Assembly: GCA_004022145.1 (NCBI GenBank)
Contig: RCNU01000013.1
Strand: one strand, 5' to 3'
Length of the DNA: 64,000 nucleotides
Origin: Paecilomyces variotii
Taxonomy: Eukaryota
Shown here: positions 13,487-27,190 of the stretch, in pieces
How positions within the stretch are numbered: position 1 is the stretch's first letter
Layout of the letters: each line of letters opens with the position of its first letter
Program-made: the position numbers and the translations under genes
The notes under the pieces: model-generated
The model's database searches: none
What the model was told of the DNA's origin: nothing
Seen by the model: only the letters and a program-made list of their open reading frames with translations

Positions 13487-14539
13487 TCTGGCAGCTATCC
13501 ACGGTGCCGACTATTGTTCAACGTCTTCACACAAGTTCTTCCCGTTCCTCTGTCGAGGATCACTGAAATGATGGTTGGGTTAGCACGAAGGTGGCTGGTT
13601 GCGTAACTTGTGGAGTCCCCTAGGCTCCGACGAAAGAGAACAGCACGTGGAAGAACTCACCTCCAGGTTTCAGTCTTGCCATGCAACGCACTCGAGAACT
13701 TGTCGTGACATTGATCAACATGTCTGGTGGAAAGCTGTCATTTACCGCGGGGACGGGATGACATGAGTAGATCACCAGCCTTGGAAGTGGAGTACCGTGA
13801 TGTTTCCAGACAAGAGTGGAGCACCGGGGAGAAATCCACGATCTCAGTCGTTTAGCGGTCACCTGCAGCGAGCAGAGAGAGAGGACGCCTGTGAAGTATT
13901 AGAAATGTGGCGATGAAAGATAATAATTCCGGGCGCCGTCGTCCTTGTCACAGGAAGAAGCCACTTACTGGTACAGCGGGCAGATCTAAAGCACGGATCG
14001 GATTGATTCGATTCGGCGGGGTTGGAGGTCCCTGCATGGTAGGGATGGTGAAATATTGAAATGGGGGGTCAATTTCACGAAACGTGAAATTTCAACCCTT
14101 TTTTTCGTTTCGAAATTCGAAACGCACGGACCATAAGTGGGGCGCACTTATTACGAATTAGGAAACCAGGAGAGCAAGTCAGCTAATAATAATTCAGTTA
14201 GGTGGTTACTAATTGATTAGTAACATTTCAAAATTTCAGGCATTTCATTTTATGAAATTCAGACCCCCAAATTTCATGAAATTTCTGAAATTTTGAATTT
14301 CAAATGCCATCCCTACTGCATGGGGCCTTAGTGCCTTACTAATCTCACACATCCGGTTAGCGGCGGAGAGATGATCGGCTATACTGTTATCGGTTAGGCC
14401 GCGGAGTGTGTGCCTGATTGCTGCCTCAGTAATCAAATTCCCACGTGACATCGTCGCGATGCTCTCCGATCTGGAATTTTTTGGCCAGACGCCGACGCCA
14501 GCAGCACCCGCGAGACAGCACATCGCCGGTTACGTCGCA

Positions 14540-15737
14540 ATGGCTGTTCGTGAGCCGTCAAGATCCCTGGCGAGGGCCCTCACACGGCCTTTGGCCCCTT
14601 CAACGCGTTCCCAGCAACCCAGTCTTCGTCGTTACGCCTCCGGAAATACACCGGATCCTCTCAGCGAGGTCGAATCGAACACCTCGTTGGCAGCGTCGGT
14701 TCCCGAGGATGTGGTGAAATCCTTTGATCCAATCGCGCGGGCAAAGGCTCGCAAGTCCCAATTGCCCAAGAGTCGGTACGTAGCACGCTCTGCAAACCCG
14801 GAGCTTCGGTCTGTTGGCTGGCACATGGGGACTGACAAACCTCCCATAGTTATCAATACCGATCACCCAAATACGATCATGGTCCTCTTCATCCTCACAG
14901 ACCTCCCCCGCCGTCAGACCCGTCATCTCGAGTTTTCGTTCCAGGTCCGTTTTCGCTGCCTCGCGTGCAGCAGACTTACGAGTCCACCGTCGCTTCGGAT
15001 ATCCTCACCCTGTGCTATGTTCACAACCCGCCCGGCTTTAAGCCTCCTCCACCAGCTAATCGTCTCCGCTCTTGGGATGAATCTTCTCCCTACCACAAGA
15101 ACAGACCCCTCCGTGGACCCCGTGGAGGTGATGTCCTGAGACTGCTGCGAAAGCCCATCGGCTTCAACAACATCCCCGAGGTGGAGCGGGTCACCATCCA
15201 CAGCTACATCAAGGAAGCCGCAACGGAAAACTCTGGCTGGCTGCACGTTGCCGGTATGGCTGTTCAGGCCATTTCTAACGTCCGCGTGGAGACCTTCAAG
15301 TCGAAGAGCAGTGTTGCACCCTGGGGTATCGCTCCGGGCAGAGACACCGTTGCGGTCAAGGCGGAGCTGCGGGGAGAGAATATGTACCACTTCCTTGGCA
15401 AGCTGATCGACGTCGTGATGCCCAGAATCAAGGAATGGAAGGGCGTGAAGGGTAGCAGCGGTGATAGCAGCGGCAACATCACATTCGGTCTGGAGCCGGA
15501 GAACGTGGCCATGTTCCCGGAGATTGAGGTCAACTATGACATGTGAGTCATGGACAACAGTATACATAACCCATTTATACAATCACAATATCTAACCCGC
15601 TTTTTTGCAATAGGTACCCGGCCAAGATGATTCCCGGTTGCCACATCACCATCCACACATCCGCCACTACCGATAAGGATGCTCGACTCCTTCTGAGCGC
15701 TATGGGCATTCCCTTCTACGGAAAGCTCGTTAACTAG
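14540..15737 (+). CDS. MRPL7: Mitochondrial large-subunit ribosomal protein uL5m, 3 exons
   Basis: Arg/Ser-rich presequence; L5 motifs FLGKLIDVVMPRIKEWKG, GDSSGNITFGL, FPEIEVNYD, MIPGCHITIHT, LLLSAMGIPF; stop TAG 15735-15737. Confidence 0.93.
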
Positions 15738-16671
15738 ACACACAACTTATGGAAATCTCCGAATCATAACTACGCCCTAGGTCCTCTGTCATCATACCCA
15801 AGGACCGATTGTACTGTTATCTTTTTTTCATAGTCGTTTTGCGAAATGTATGTACAACTATAAATCTCATGCCTCAGCGATCGTTGGTCAATGCACACAC
15901 ACATACGGTGTTATAACAGAGTTGGAGCAAATTCAAAAAACAATTTGAGAAATACGTCGTTCTATTAGACTCGATATCCAGTATTACCCATCACGCATAA
16001 ATAGCATCTGCATATCGTATTGGGGATACAATATATATTGCAAAAGAAGAGCACTTGGGAGATAATCGTTATGAGAAAGTTGTCGATAAAAATGAGACAA
16101 TTGAAAAAGAAAATAAACCGCTACGGGACTCCCTTTCTTTGTATATCACTGATCGTTAGAGAAAGAAGTCACCAGCAGCGTGTGGTGGTCGATAGCCTCG
16201 AGGATATTACCGCCAGAAAAGTTGAATTGAGGCCTCACGGTGCAGCTCCCTGGTTTTAGTACCAGAGGCACACTACATGAGACACAAGTTATGATACGAA
16301 GATTGGACGATGGAGAGGATATATCAATATTAAAAGGGCTGGATTTTCTTGCTTGCTGTCAATACGCATTCATTATTATCGTCATAGGACCTTTTCGCTT
16401 TCAAGAAATCAACGCAAGCACAGCTGCAACTAGACACAGTGAACATAAACCAGGGCTAGCCTGTATTCTCGAGGCCACAGGCCCCCCTCAGAATGATCAA
16501 AACCGCGACAGATGTGCGCGAAATGCTCTAAATCTGAACCCCGTTTCCATCTTCGCGTGTTCAACTCCAAAAAGTGCTAACTCCCTCAACATCCGTCTTT
16601 TATGTTCGTAGATGCTTGATGTCCAAGAATTATTCAATGACAATATTCGAATTAGAGCGCCTGCACGGCCT

Positions 16672-19523
16672 TCAGGCAACCGGCACGGCCAAGAACGGAC
16701 TCTTGAGCAGGTCGTCCGCACTAGGTCTCTTTTCATAGTCGATCTCAAATGTCATGTCCAAGAAAGCCCTCGCTTCCTCGCTAGCATTCTCGGGTGGAGG
16801 CGGTCTCGCTTGGTTGCTGCCAATAGCGAAGATAGCCTGCAGCTGACTACAATCTGGGAAAGGATGGGCGCCAATGAACATCTCGACGACGAGACAACCC
16901 AAACTCCAGATGTCGGCCTTCTTCGTATGAGCTGTCTGGCGAACCACTTCCGGAGCCATCCAATACACGCTGCCCTGCAACGACGGGCGGTGCATATGGC
17001 CGCCTGCGCCCCCGGTAGCCCCAGAGCCAAGCATAGTGGAAGCCTCCACCCTCTTTGAAATACCAAAATCCGAGATTTTGATACCACCCTTGTTATCGAC
17101 CAGGACATTGGCGCCCTTGATATCCCGGTGGATGATATCACGGCTGTGGAGATAGGACAGGCCAGCAAGAATTTGCCGGACGAAATTCTTGATCAGCGGC
17201 TCCTGGAACGTATTGTACTGCTTCAACATCACCGCAATAGAGCCTCCAGGAACATACTCCAAGAAAATGTTCAAGTTCTGTTCGTCTGCGGAAGTACCGA
17301 GATACTGCACGATGTTTGGGTGCTGGAGACCCTGAAGCAGATCAATTTCATGTTTCAGCGCAGTGACCATACTGTTCTTCCTCTTGTCGAATTCCGTTCC
17401 TTTTGTCGCTGACGGAAGTTCGACTTGCTTCACCGCCATCAGTTCTCCCGTGATTGCGTGAAGAGCGAGGAAGACGCTTCCAAAAGAACCTTCACCAATA
17501 AGAGATCCTTTCATCCAGTTCTTAGGCGCAAAATTGTCGCCCGCAAGGAAATCCTTCAGTCCATCATCCTCTTCTTCTCCATCCTCGGCCACTAATATGC
17601 TCAATCGCTGGTTTATGGAACTTGCAGTGTCCAATCCTCGGACGCTCAGGGTATCGGACATGAAGCTTTGCCGCGTATTTTCCGCTGAGGTCTGGTCGGA
17701 GCTGCTAGCGAATGACACGTATGATTGCCGGTTTGGTTCCGCAGCCGCCTCTTCCTGGAGTGGGTGTAGGGAGCTGGACGCGACGGAATCACGGAAGGAT
17801 ACTTGGGGTAGATTGAATCTGGACACGGAGAGCGGCCTGGCTCTAGGCTGCGCTCCCGGGTTCAGCCATGTATCGGCAATGCTAGGGATCGGAGGAGCAT
17901 CCCTCAAGCTAGATGCGTAACTTGAGTTGCTCATAACACTCAAACGGCTCGCCGCCCGACTCATCCGCTGAGACCTCCGAACAGACATTCTCATTGTCCT
18001 TTCGATGTCTTCACGCTGATGGCTTGGGAAGTAGGAGGTCAATTCATGGATAATCATCTCGCTAGGAGGCCTAGCACCGAAGAACGACCGTAGCTTAGAT
18101 GTCTGTCGTTCACGCCCACCTGACGAGGGTTCATGATCGTCAAGGGAGCTCTGTCTTGTTCGATCGTTAGCTGGAGACATGGGTTGCTTGAGATTGTGCC
18201 AAGACTCTCCCGTCAGCTTCTGGATCTTCGCTTGATTGCGGGGGTTGGAATTATTCAGAGCGTTCATATGAGCCATCTGGCTCTCGTCCACAGCGAGCTG
18301 AGAAGCACGACGAAGCTCATCAACATCTGGCTCTCCAGCGTGGAGCTTTCTCAGGATAAGACGGCCCCGCTCAGACCTGTTTCCTCCTTCACAGATGCGC
18401 ATGATCTCGGAGTCCGTCAACTTTCTGCAGTAGGCTGGGTCAGGCTCCAGGCCGTCCAGCACGTAAAAGCAGTAGTGCCTGTACTGATATTCCGGAAGCT
18501 GTAGCTTTTTCAGAACACAGAGGAAGACTTCATCCGGGGTCTTGCAATTCCTGATATTCAGAACCTTTGTCTGGCCACCCGTGTAAATCACTCTGATGAC
18601 CGGAGAGTTTGCCGGGAGCGGGCCCATCGTGAGGCCATCAACACTGGGGTTTTGTCTGAGGTGCGATGTTCCCTTGTTGCCATTTTCACCGGGGGTTGCA
18701 GGATTCCGAGCGGGGACCGATCCTGGAGAAGGTGTATAGCCGAAGTAGCTGTTCGCTTGCTCTTTGCGCGCACTCTCCATGGGACTAGATGCTGCGTAGC
18801 GATGGGAGCGCCCGCCTTTCTCAGAATCCGTTGCGTACGGGGATGACTCCTGGCGTCGGCCACTAGATCCTTTAGAGTAACGGGATGAGCCCAAAGATGT
18901 GACACTCGAAGCATCCAGGGCGGCTAAAGCTTTCTATTCCACCGTCAGCGACTATGCACCATGGCCCGAAGGAGGTTGTCACCAACAATATTCTGTTTCT
19001 TCCGATTCGAGATAGCCTTGCTTCTCAACTGCTTGATAGCCACAAAGATGCGGACCCGATCCCCGACCTTCTTGATGCCCATTTCTTGAAGGATTTTTTG
19101 GTCGCATTCGAGGAGATTATCGCCGTTGAAGTTATTGGCTAGACCATGAGTCAGCGGCTATATTCATGCGTAGTCGCAGAGGAGTATACCTTTGAATATG
19201 GACTCGTATTGACCGCAGTTGATGCTGTGCAACCACTCCACCACCTTCTTTTCATCCCAAGATCTAGTCCCAGCGGTCAGCGCCAGTCCGTCTCGGTGGT
19301 AGAGATCCGTCATAAGGATACGAATGCAAACTTACCGGACGGAATCGAGTCCATCGTGTGCATCGGAGAATTCCGACTCTGTCGGGCTTGTGAATGCAAC
19401 TCCATCGACCGATTTGCTGGCCCCGTGAGCCTTCAGAGGCTGGCTCGAGTGATATGCGGTTCCTGACGCTTGGGAAGTCGGCATCCCCAACGAGGCGGAG
19501 AACGCAGCCTTGGATGCTAGCAT
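16672..19523 (-). CDS. STE11: MAP kinase kinase kinase Ste11/SteC (SAM, RA-like and kinase domains)
   Basis: Kinase motifs GSLIGEGSFGSV, MAVKQV, HRDIKGANVL, ISDFG, SLQGSVYWMAPE; SAM-like exons (WDEKKVVEWL, IGSASLW-region) at the 5' end; RPPSEMI motif. Confidence 0.95.
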
Positions 19524-20079
19524 TGGCGAGGTAAAGTGAGCACAAGGCTTCTTTTCCACCACAGTACGTATATCGGTTGAGGCCCGACGGCAACCCGGGG
19601 GTGGGACGTTGGGTTGAATTAAAGGTGGAGGCCGATCAGCTTATCGCTTGGACGCGTCGGTCTGGAGGTTTCTGCTAGGGGTCAGGCGTCAAGCGTCAGT
19701 TGATGGCATGGCAGAAAACCCCTGCTTGGTGACTGTTTCAGGCTGACTGCGAAGACGAGTTGTGTGGACGACTGAGGGAACAACGCTGGTCGCGGCTGGG
19801 TGGAATGATGGCGGCCGTCAGATACCGGTCGGGGCGATGGATAGCGGGAAATCGGTCCGTATACGATGTCGAATTCTGGTGAGAAAAAGCCTTGGGCAAC
19901 TGGAATGATATCTCTCGCCGGAGATATTGCAAGGAGCCCTCTGAGCTTGGCCTGACTGAGGAGATCCAAGGGCGCTACGGAGGCGCTATCTCGTGTTGAG
20001 ATAACGCTGCAAGGATAGAACCCTTGCCCGCACAAGCAGCAGCAGCTACCACCAAAGTAGACAGGCAGAGAAAAAGAGG

Positions 20080-20099
20080 GAGAGAGAGAGAGAGAGAGA
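20080..20099. repeat. (GA)10 microsatellite upstream of STE11
   Basis: Read directly. Confidence 0.9.
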
Positions 20100-22128
20100 A
20101 GGAGATGATGCCGTCAACAGTAAATACTCCGCCTGGCTAGATCTCAAACAAGGTGGTCGTGGGGGATGAGCAAGAGGGACAAGAGGGTTCTAGCGCGGTC
20201 GGCACCAGTGAGGGCTGAGTTGAAGCATTCTAAAACAAAGAACAACGCCGGTGATTCGCCAAGCGGCTCTTGTGAAACAATTAGCGGAGTTGGCTAGGTA
20301 TGCGGCCTTCACTTCTTAACTTCTGCCTTGGGGGGATCGTTGTTTTACTGTGGTGGATCGAGCGATTATGATTATTATTATTGACATTTCCCTGACAGTG
20401 AAGGGCTGCTAATTACTCTGCTGATGCCATAATAATAATAATAATAATATAAGCTAAAATACTGAAGGATCTCTGGGTTGCGCACAGCCTTCACTAATAA
20501 TAATATTTGTGTTCTACCTTCACTGCCGGGCAACCAGCAATGCCAGCTTGTCCCACTGGACTACTGAACTATAGTACTGAACTATCACTGCACGCTATAT
20601 CTGCTCGCATCTTCGCACAGACTCTCCCTTGCTGGAGCGTTTCGACCGTGAAACACCTCGTTCTTTCGCCACCAGTCTAGTCAACATGCGCCTTGCGTCA
20701 ACGCCGTTCTGATCCTATACCAGCCCATGTGGCACGGCTATTGCCGTCGGTTCAGGTCCCGAATATTTTTGTTTCTCAATACCAAAAAGCAAGCAATGAT
20801 CATTGGATGTTCTACATATATACTTCCAACTTTGCATTCAATGTCTATCATTTTATCCGGAGGCTGTGGGTAGGTTATTCCATTACTATTGTTACTGTTA
20901 CTGTTGTTATTTATTATTGACATTTGCAGACAATGACCCTAGAATTCTAGCTTCTTCAGTATTGGTTCGGCCGATAGCCGGGAACCCTTTATCCGTCCAT
21001 CCCTCCTGGAGGCTTATTAAGTTATACGTACCGTTCATTCATGGACCACTGGTTAATAATCAGTAGATGTAACTTAACTATCTAGTTAACTATGTAGTTA
21101 TGAGTTCTCCTAGTTGCAATCCCCTTGCAGTTTCAAGTTCTCATCACCTCCATAACGTCTCGATTTGGTGTTTTGTTCAATAGATTACGCGATTTATTTT
21201 TCCTATTTCGGCGTGCTGTGATAGCAGACCCTACCATACGCCTTCAACCATATCGACGCTTGTGGTAGTTACTCTAACAAGGATGATATAAACAACAAAC
21301 GTCATCCAGCAAATTTTATCTAGATAGTGAGCTGCCTTCAACTTGATAAAGCATTACCTACGGAGATACTTGCGTTCGGGGAACTCCAGAACGCTGAAGT
21401 ATTATATAGATCAGATGCGTTCCCTGATCCCTCTGACTCTCGTGCCAGAGGCGCAATTGTTATGCTCGAGAAACAAGGGGCTGGACCGTCTAGACAGGCC
21501 AATGTTAGAGGACTTCGAGAATCCCACGTGTTGGACCAAATCCCGCTCCCTCAGCTTCACGGCAATTGAGGAGCCCATCGGAATGTATGGGAGTAGACAT
21601 GCTCGCGGCACCACAACTTGCACCACACCGGGGTTTTAAAGTCGAATCGGGTGTGCTCCAGCTTCCTAGGTGTTCCCTTACCTTGTCAGTAGCTCGATCA
21701 AGAGACTCTTTCGTCCGATAACACGATAAGAAGCTGGAGAGGCAAAATGAGGAGAACTGACAACCTCCATCCATCTCCGCACCAGTGGAGATGGCTAGCT
21801 TGATGCCCTAGCTGGACAAACATACAACCCGTTCCTGGACCATCCACAAGACCAGAGGACGAGACTGGCGACCAGATCCCGCCAGCGACAGTCAAGTATA
21901 AACTCCCCCCAGAGCTCCCTGGTGTTGCATCTTCTCTCTCCCATCGCCTGCTGAGGCTCTGGCCTCCTCCAGCCCCCGCCCGGGGCAGGGCGAGGTGCCA
22001 CGTGACCTGGCCTTCCCAATCAGGCGTCCCCTCATATGCCAAACCCCCCACAGCCCTTTTTCCCCGCTTAAACCCCCATTGTTCTCAACCATAACAGTTC
22101 CTACTCCAGGCCCATAAATAAATACGCA

Positions 22129-24916
22129 ATGGAGGCTGAGCGGGCTAATTCTCCGGAGAAGGTTAAGAAGAAGACCACGACACAGCATCGCAAGTCGCTT
22201 TCATGTCATTTCTGTAGCCGGTGCTTTGCTCGGCTGGAGCATCTCCAACGCCATCTCCGCACGCGTGAGTAGCCCTCAGGAGCCCTCGGCTTTGGCGCCA
22301 TATTCCTCTTTCGGGACCATGTTGACAGACCACCGCAGACACAAAGGAGAAGCCGTTCTCCTGCGAAGTATGCAGCAAGTCCTTTGCCAGAAGGTAAGAC
22401 CAACCGCTTCTGTCGTCTCCTGGCCATCCCGGACTAATGAATGGGAAAATCTCTGCAGTGACCTGCTCGTGCGCCATGAGCGATTGGTACATCAAGCTGA
22501 GAACGCTACCCATCGAGGAGAACATCGAAACAGCGAGGCTCACGATATTCCGCCAACTCCTGCGTCAATGATCCCGCCTTCCCAGCACGATTCGCGCGTC
22601 TTGGACATCCCTGAATCGGTCCCGGTCCAGCCGACGCAGGTACCGCAACCGCCGCCGCCAGAGGTGCCTGTACAGGCGCCTCAGATGGTCGAGCCACCAC
22701 AGTTCAATCCTTCTTGGGGATACGATTTGAATCTGCTATCGCATGCTGCCAGTCATGTTGCGCTCGAGGGCCAGCAGGAGAGCATGGATTCGATGCGGAA
22801 GCCGCCGGGCCACGTCGGCGCGCCCCCTCTCATGCCACCGAATGTCCCGGAAAAAGCGATAACGGACAACTACGGTGTCGAGCCGTCCATATTGGATCTT
22901 GCAGACTTGGGAGATCCAGTTCAGGATTTTACCGTCTTTCTGGAGAGCGTTGGTCTCTCATCTGACTGGGATTCTGGCGTTTTCTCCACGGTCGAGGAGC
23001 CCATGCTCCCGACCAACCTACCCTTCGACTCGAAACCTCCCGTCGCGCCGCAAAGATTCAACGGAGATATCCTCAGCGATCAACGAGCAGCTGTTGAAGA
23101 ACCGCCCTCGTTCTCGAACTTTGGATCTCGCCTGCCGTCGCTCCAGCCCGAACCACACGATTCCGATGATCGGATCGGTTTCTCGGACGATCCCGCCAAC
23201 CCACGGCCAGCATGGGATATCACCAACGCAGACCGCCAACTATTTGTCTCACGGCTGGAGGAATTCTCTCATGTCCTTCCAAAGGGCTTCATTCCGCCCT
23301 CAAGACATGCTCTGTCGCGTTTCTTTGCAGGATACATCAACGGGTTGAATGAGCACCTTCCATTCATCCATGTACCGACCCTGTCGGTAGCCAGATCGCC
23401 GCCAGAGCTGACCTTGGCTCTTGCCGCCGCTGGGTCTCACTATCGGTTTGAGAATAATCGAGGTATCGACTTGTTTAACGCGGCAAAGTGCGTCCTGCTT
23501 GAACGTCTTCGTAGAAGAGACGGCAAGCAGGTTCCTCTGCCAACGTGGACATTTGTTCCGCCACAGCCCGGTCTTCACGGCTCCCGGGATTCCTCTGCAG
23601 TCTCTAACCAGGCTAGCAGTCCATTCCAACCGCCGTCCTTCACTCCGATGCAGACGCTCGATCCCATGAATTACGCAATCGATGACTCTGATGCCCATAT
23701 GAAAATCATCCAGACGTTTCTGCTGCTCACTGTATTCGCGTCATGGGAAAGACACCCAGAGCTGCTGCGAGAGATACTTGCCTTGCAGAGTACTCTGGCC
23801 AGGCTCGTCCGTGAGCATGGCCTCTCTGAACCCATTCCGAGCTCGGACAACATCAGCTGGGAAGAATGGGTGCGGCTAGAGGGGAATAGGCGGACAAAGC
23901 TTCTCGTCTACTGCTTCTTCAATCTCCATTCGATCATGTATAATATACCTCCATTGATCCTGAACTCGGAGCTCAAACTAAACATGCCTTGTTCCCATGA
24001 CGTGTGGAAAGCCAACAATGCATCTCAGTGGCGACGTCTCTATCGATCGCGCCATAGCTCCGATGTCTCGTTCCAGGAGGCCTTTGCCAAGCTCTTCCTC
24101 AAGGGGCCCGTCTTCAACGCCTCGACCCCTATATCTCCGTTAGGCAATTACATTCTCATCCATGCTATTATACAACAGATATTCTTTGCGCGCCAGCTGT
24201 GTCTCTCTGCACCACTGATGCAAGGGACAAGCCTCAGGCAGGAGGACTTGGCTGTGCTGGACAATTCCTTGAGCGCATGGAAAGCTGGGTGGAAGCGGAC
24301 TCCAGAGTCGAGTATCGACCCCCAAAACCCTGCCGGGCCGATTGCTTTCACTTCCACTGCGCTTTTGGGTCTAGCATACATTAGGCTTCATGTTGACCTG
24401 GGTCCATGTCGACATCTAGTTACTCAAGACCCGCAGCAGATTGCCAAAGCACTAAGAGAATCTCCGCCGATTACGCGGAGCCCGAAACTCATCATGGCCC
24501 TGTTGCATTCGGCACATGCTCTGTCCATACCTGTGCGGCTTGGTATTGACTTTGTGGCCAGAACTCATTCTTTCTTCTGGAGTATCCAGCATTCTCTCTG
24601 CAGTCTGGAGTGCGCGTTTCTCCTGAGTCGGTGGCTTCTCGCGATACCAGCGACGCAGGCTGAACAAAAGCTCTCCGAGCATGAAAGGAAGCTGGTGCTT
24701 TGGGTTAAGAGTATGATGGATGAGACCGATATGGCTGTCGACCCGACCGATTCGCCCGAGCTAAGCTTCCTCAATGACCCGTACAAGGTCAAACAACTCA
24801 GCGTCGCTGTGGTGAGGGTCTGGGCTCGGACTTTCAAGGGTAACACCAGCTGGGCCATTGTCGACTTGGTAGGGGCCAGCCTGGAGGTCTATGCCGACTA
24901 CCTGGAAAACAGCTAG
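22129..24916 (+). CDS. C2H2 zinc-finger transcription factor with fungal-specific TF domain, 3 exons
   Basis: Spliced fingers [50 protein letters not shown] (second intron 22394-22458); HLPFIHVPT and WEEWVRLEGNRRT motifs of the Fungal_trans domain. Confidence 0.92.
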
Positions 24917-25849
24917 ATCTCATCGCAGACGAGACCACGAACTGGGTATGTTGGCTGGTACAGTATACCTGATTGGAAATATCGATGAGCTAGCACAGCA
25001 GCTATTATGGTGGAAGCTCACTGCTGGCCATTGTGCCTTCCCTTTCCGCAAGCACGGTAGGTCTTGTGAGCCACGACAAGTCGCGAGACACTGAGATCTA
25101 CATCTACCTAGGTAGATTTGATGGCTATATACTAGTTATCTTATCTTAGGACATTTTGTCCTAACTTCTCTTATGGCCAACACGCCATCATCACCGGGCA
25201 GAATGGCCCAAAAACGGCATGAGAGTTCGTGGGCAATAATCCTTCCACCTCCGTGCTAAAAATGTACTTGTTCTTAATTATACCCTTCCTTCACCTCAGC
25301 GAGGCGAAGTGGTCACATCATGCCTAGTGGCTTCTTGGATTCTATCTTAAGCTGGCGCTCGGATCCCATCCTCCACGAAATGTTGCACTCTTCTCTTTTT
25401 CTTTCTTTTGGATAGCACACCAATATAAAACAACCAGTTGCTGAGTCACCGTTGGCTGATCTGTCACGCTCTCGCTCTATGTCTGGGGTAGAGACACTAC
25501 CTATGTAGTTACGACATAGTAATAGTATGCTGTTGTATCGCCCCTCATGTGACGCAGATTGTTTTACAGGATGGCGGGTTCGACTGCTTGTATGCGATGG
25601 TACTGGCGCACGGAAAAGGAAGTATTCAGATCTTCCAAACAAATCATTTTCCGCATAAATAATGCCGTTTACTTAGTGCAATCGAAACTCTAAAATCGGC
25701 CCTCGGAAGCAGAACAAAAAGTAAGTACGGCTCCACATTTCCAGAGCATAACAGAGACAACACGCAGCGAACGAGACTTAAGTAAGTCCTCAACTAACTA
25801 GTACTAAGTACTGTACTTCCTACTCGTCCAACACAATAATAATCCCACC

Positions 25850-26856
25850 ATGTCCAAGCGCTCACGACGAGAATCCGTCTCTTCATCACTCTCAGACCAA
25901 TCGTACTCGGCACTATCGCCCTCCTCACGAGCCCCTTCGACTCCACCGCCCTCCAAGCTTCCCCAGCTCGACAATGATCCCGACACTCGTCATCCCTCCT
26001 CCTCCTCCTCCACCGACGTGATGCGGTGCTCACTCCCTCCGCACAGAGAAACCCTCTCCTTCGCATCGTACGATGAGTACGAAGTCCATTATGTCCAGGT
26101 GCATGTGAACCGGTGTTCGGAATGCGGCAAGAATTTCCCCACAGAGTTATTTCTCAATTTACATATTGAGGAGAATCATGATGCGTTGGTTGCTGCGAGG
26201 AGGGAGAGGGGTGAGAAGACGGTATGTTTTTATAGTATTTCTTTCTCTTTTTATATTATAAATACATTTCCCCAATTATATTTTTCTACGTAGTAATACA
26301 TTAAATATATTTACGTTACTAATATTGATGAAAACCCCAGTACGGCTGCTTCGTCGAAGGGTGCGATCGAAAATGCTCTACCCCGCAAAAGAGGAGGATG
26401 CACTTGATTGACAAACATATGTTTCCACGAGTAAGTCAGAACCAAAACCAACCCCCAACCCCCAACCCCAAATTAACACTAAAATCACGACGCTACCAAT
26501 CCTAACATACGTAACCAAACCAGACATACAATTTCTACATCATCAACGATGGAATCGATAAGCAGAACTCTATGCTACGATCATCTACAACAAATACCCA
26601 TCGACGAAGGATATCAGCAGCTCCTCCTACCTCTCCGCAGGAAGGTCGGCTGAGACGTCGAAAGGCATCGTTGACTTGTAATACGTCTGGTTCTTCTTCG
26701 GCTCAGGCTCAGGATCAGGATCAGGTTCAAGCTCAGCCTACGCTGTCGTCGTCATCGACGACAGAGATGGAAATGATGGATTTGGAAGAATCTATGGCTG
26801 CTTTGAGGTTTGTTCCTGTTAGTGTTATGAGGAATAGGGGGAAGGGGAATCGATGA
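25850..26856 (+). CDS. C2H2 zinc-finger protein, ZNF511-like, 3 exons
   Basis: CSLPPH..HYVQVH, CSECGKNFPTELFLNLHIEENHD, YGCFVEGCDRKCSTPQKRRMHLIDKHMFP. Confidence 0.88.
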
Positions 26857-27190
26857 GGAAGAATCAAATGTTGATTTTTTGAATGGAGTTGAGAAGTTGA
26901 CTTGGGGAAAAGACTTGGTGATTTTTTTGGTTTCTTTTTGCATTGCGTTGCGATTGGGTATATCATAATGACGAGATGACCTCATAGATACATACAGGTT
27001 GATTTTACACTTTTTTCTAACACGATAAGGACAATGTTATTATTCTGCCCTTGTATTTCCTTAAGTGGCCCAGTCACAGGATGATATCATGGAATAAAAC
27101 AGCGAGGCTATGAGAGGTTTTCGACCTACCTCGGGACCGGATGAGCAGCAATTCGCGCCGGAAATCATAACGTCAGCCTCTAGTAGCTGA

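Noticed and set aside
22226-22458. ORF-track N-terminus of the C2H2 TF suggesting a finger-less isoform
   Set aside because: It reads through two introns in a different frame from the zinc-finger exons; the spliced model from ATG 22129 explains the region and nothing supports the alternative.
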